Below, one piece after another: positions 63,757 to 64,000 of a DNA stretch of 64,000 nucleotides (position 1 is its first letter; every line of letters starts with the position of its first letter). The position numbers were made by a program, and so were the translations under genes. The stretch covers positions 28,155 to 92,154 of the forward strand of contig JAPLKB010000059.1 of the NCBI GenBank assembly GCA_026388275.1, given 5' to 3'. This stretch comes from Pseudomonadota bacterium (GTDB taxonomy: Bacteria; Desulfobacterota; Syntrophorhabdia; Syntrophorhabdales; Syntrophorhabdaceae). The notes beneath the pieces are model-generated. The model did no database searches. It worked only from the letters and a program-made list of their open reading frames with translations, and was not told the origin of the DNA.

Positions 63757-64000
63757 ATGATAAAAGGAATATTCAGTACGCTTTCAGGCAAGTTTTTAAC
63801 TGAGAGAAGAATGGACATAATTTCAAATAATATCGCCAATGCCTCGACGCCTGGTTATAAAATGATGCGGCCTGTGTTTAATGTTGAAAAAAGTGACAGT
63901 AATTCGGTTACAAACAACCAACAACAAGATACATATACTAATTTTGCTGACTCATATATCCATTTTTCAAACGCTCCTCTGGTTGAAAGCGGAAATAAAC
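63757..64000 (+). CDS. Flagellar basal-body rod protein FlgF/FlgG family (partial, runs off the window end)
   Basis: MIKGIFSTLSGKFLTERRMDIISNNIANASTPGYKMMRPVFNV... The open frame continues to the window end. It carries the rod-protein N-terminal signature. Confidence 0.8.
   Translation, partial: MIKGIFSTLSGKFLTERRMDIISNNIANASTPGYKMMRPVFNVEKSDSNSVTNNQQQDTYTNFADSYIHFSNAPLVESGNK

Overview
This 64-kb window comes from an AT-rich, flagellated bacterium; the taxon cannot be determined from the sequence alone. Both arms (about 1-22.8 kb and 44.6-64 kb) belong to one large flagellar and chemotaxis locus.

Left arm: cheX, PAS and c-di-GMP signalling genes, two sigma-54 activators with a sensor kinase, then flgBC-fliEFGHIJK-flgDE.

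Right arm: fliLMNOPQR-flhBAFG-fliA, then an HDOD gene, cheB, a HEAT-repeat gene, cheR, cheY, cheA, a reverse-strand EAL-HDOD gene, cheW, and the start of a rod gene. Sigma-54-type and sigma-28-type promoter motifs are readable in front of several of these units.

Between flgE and fliL lies a block of about 21.7 kb that looks clearly GC-richer by eye. It carries, in order:
- a Fic AMPylase
- a relE remnant cut off by a hicBA pair
- a RhuM-Doc fusion gene bracketed by diverged direct repeats of about 300 bp
- a tightly packed dcm / GHKL ATPase / Z1 P-loop helicase-like / PD-(D/E)XK / AIPR operon, closed by a convergent vsr
- a repeat-laden array of toxin-antitoxin cassettes (zeta-like kinase, RelE-Phd, orphan antitoxin) whose junctions carry same-orientation hairpin repeats with compensatory stem changes
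- dus, pirin, an EF-hand protein, a nitroreductase and a PAS gene fragment

I recognised no rRNA, tRNA, CRISPR array, transposase or integrase. The top candidates for something new are the methyltransferase-linked four-effector module and the hairpin-repeat cassette architecture next to it.

All calls rest on motif reading of the supplied ORF translations and on visual repeat and promoter inspection. No searches or computations were run.
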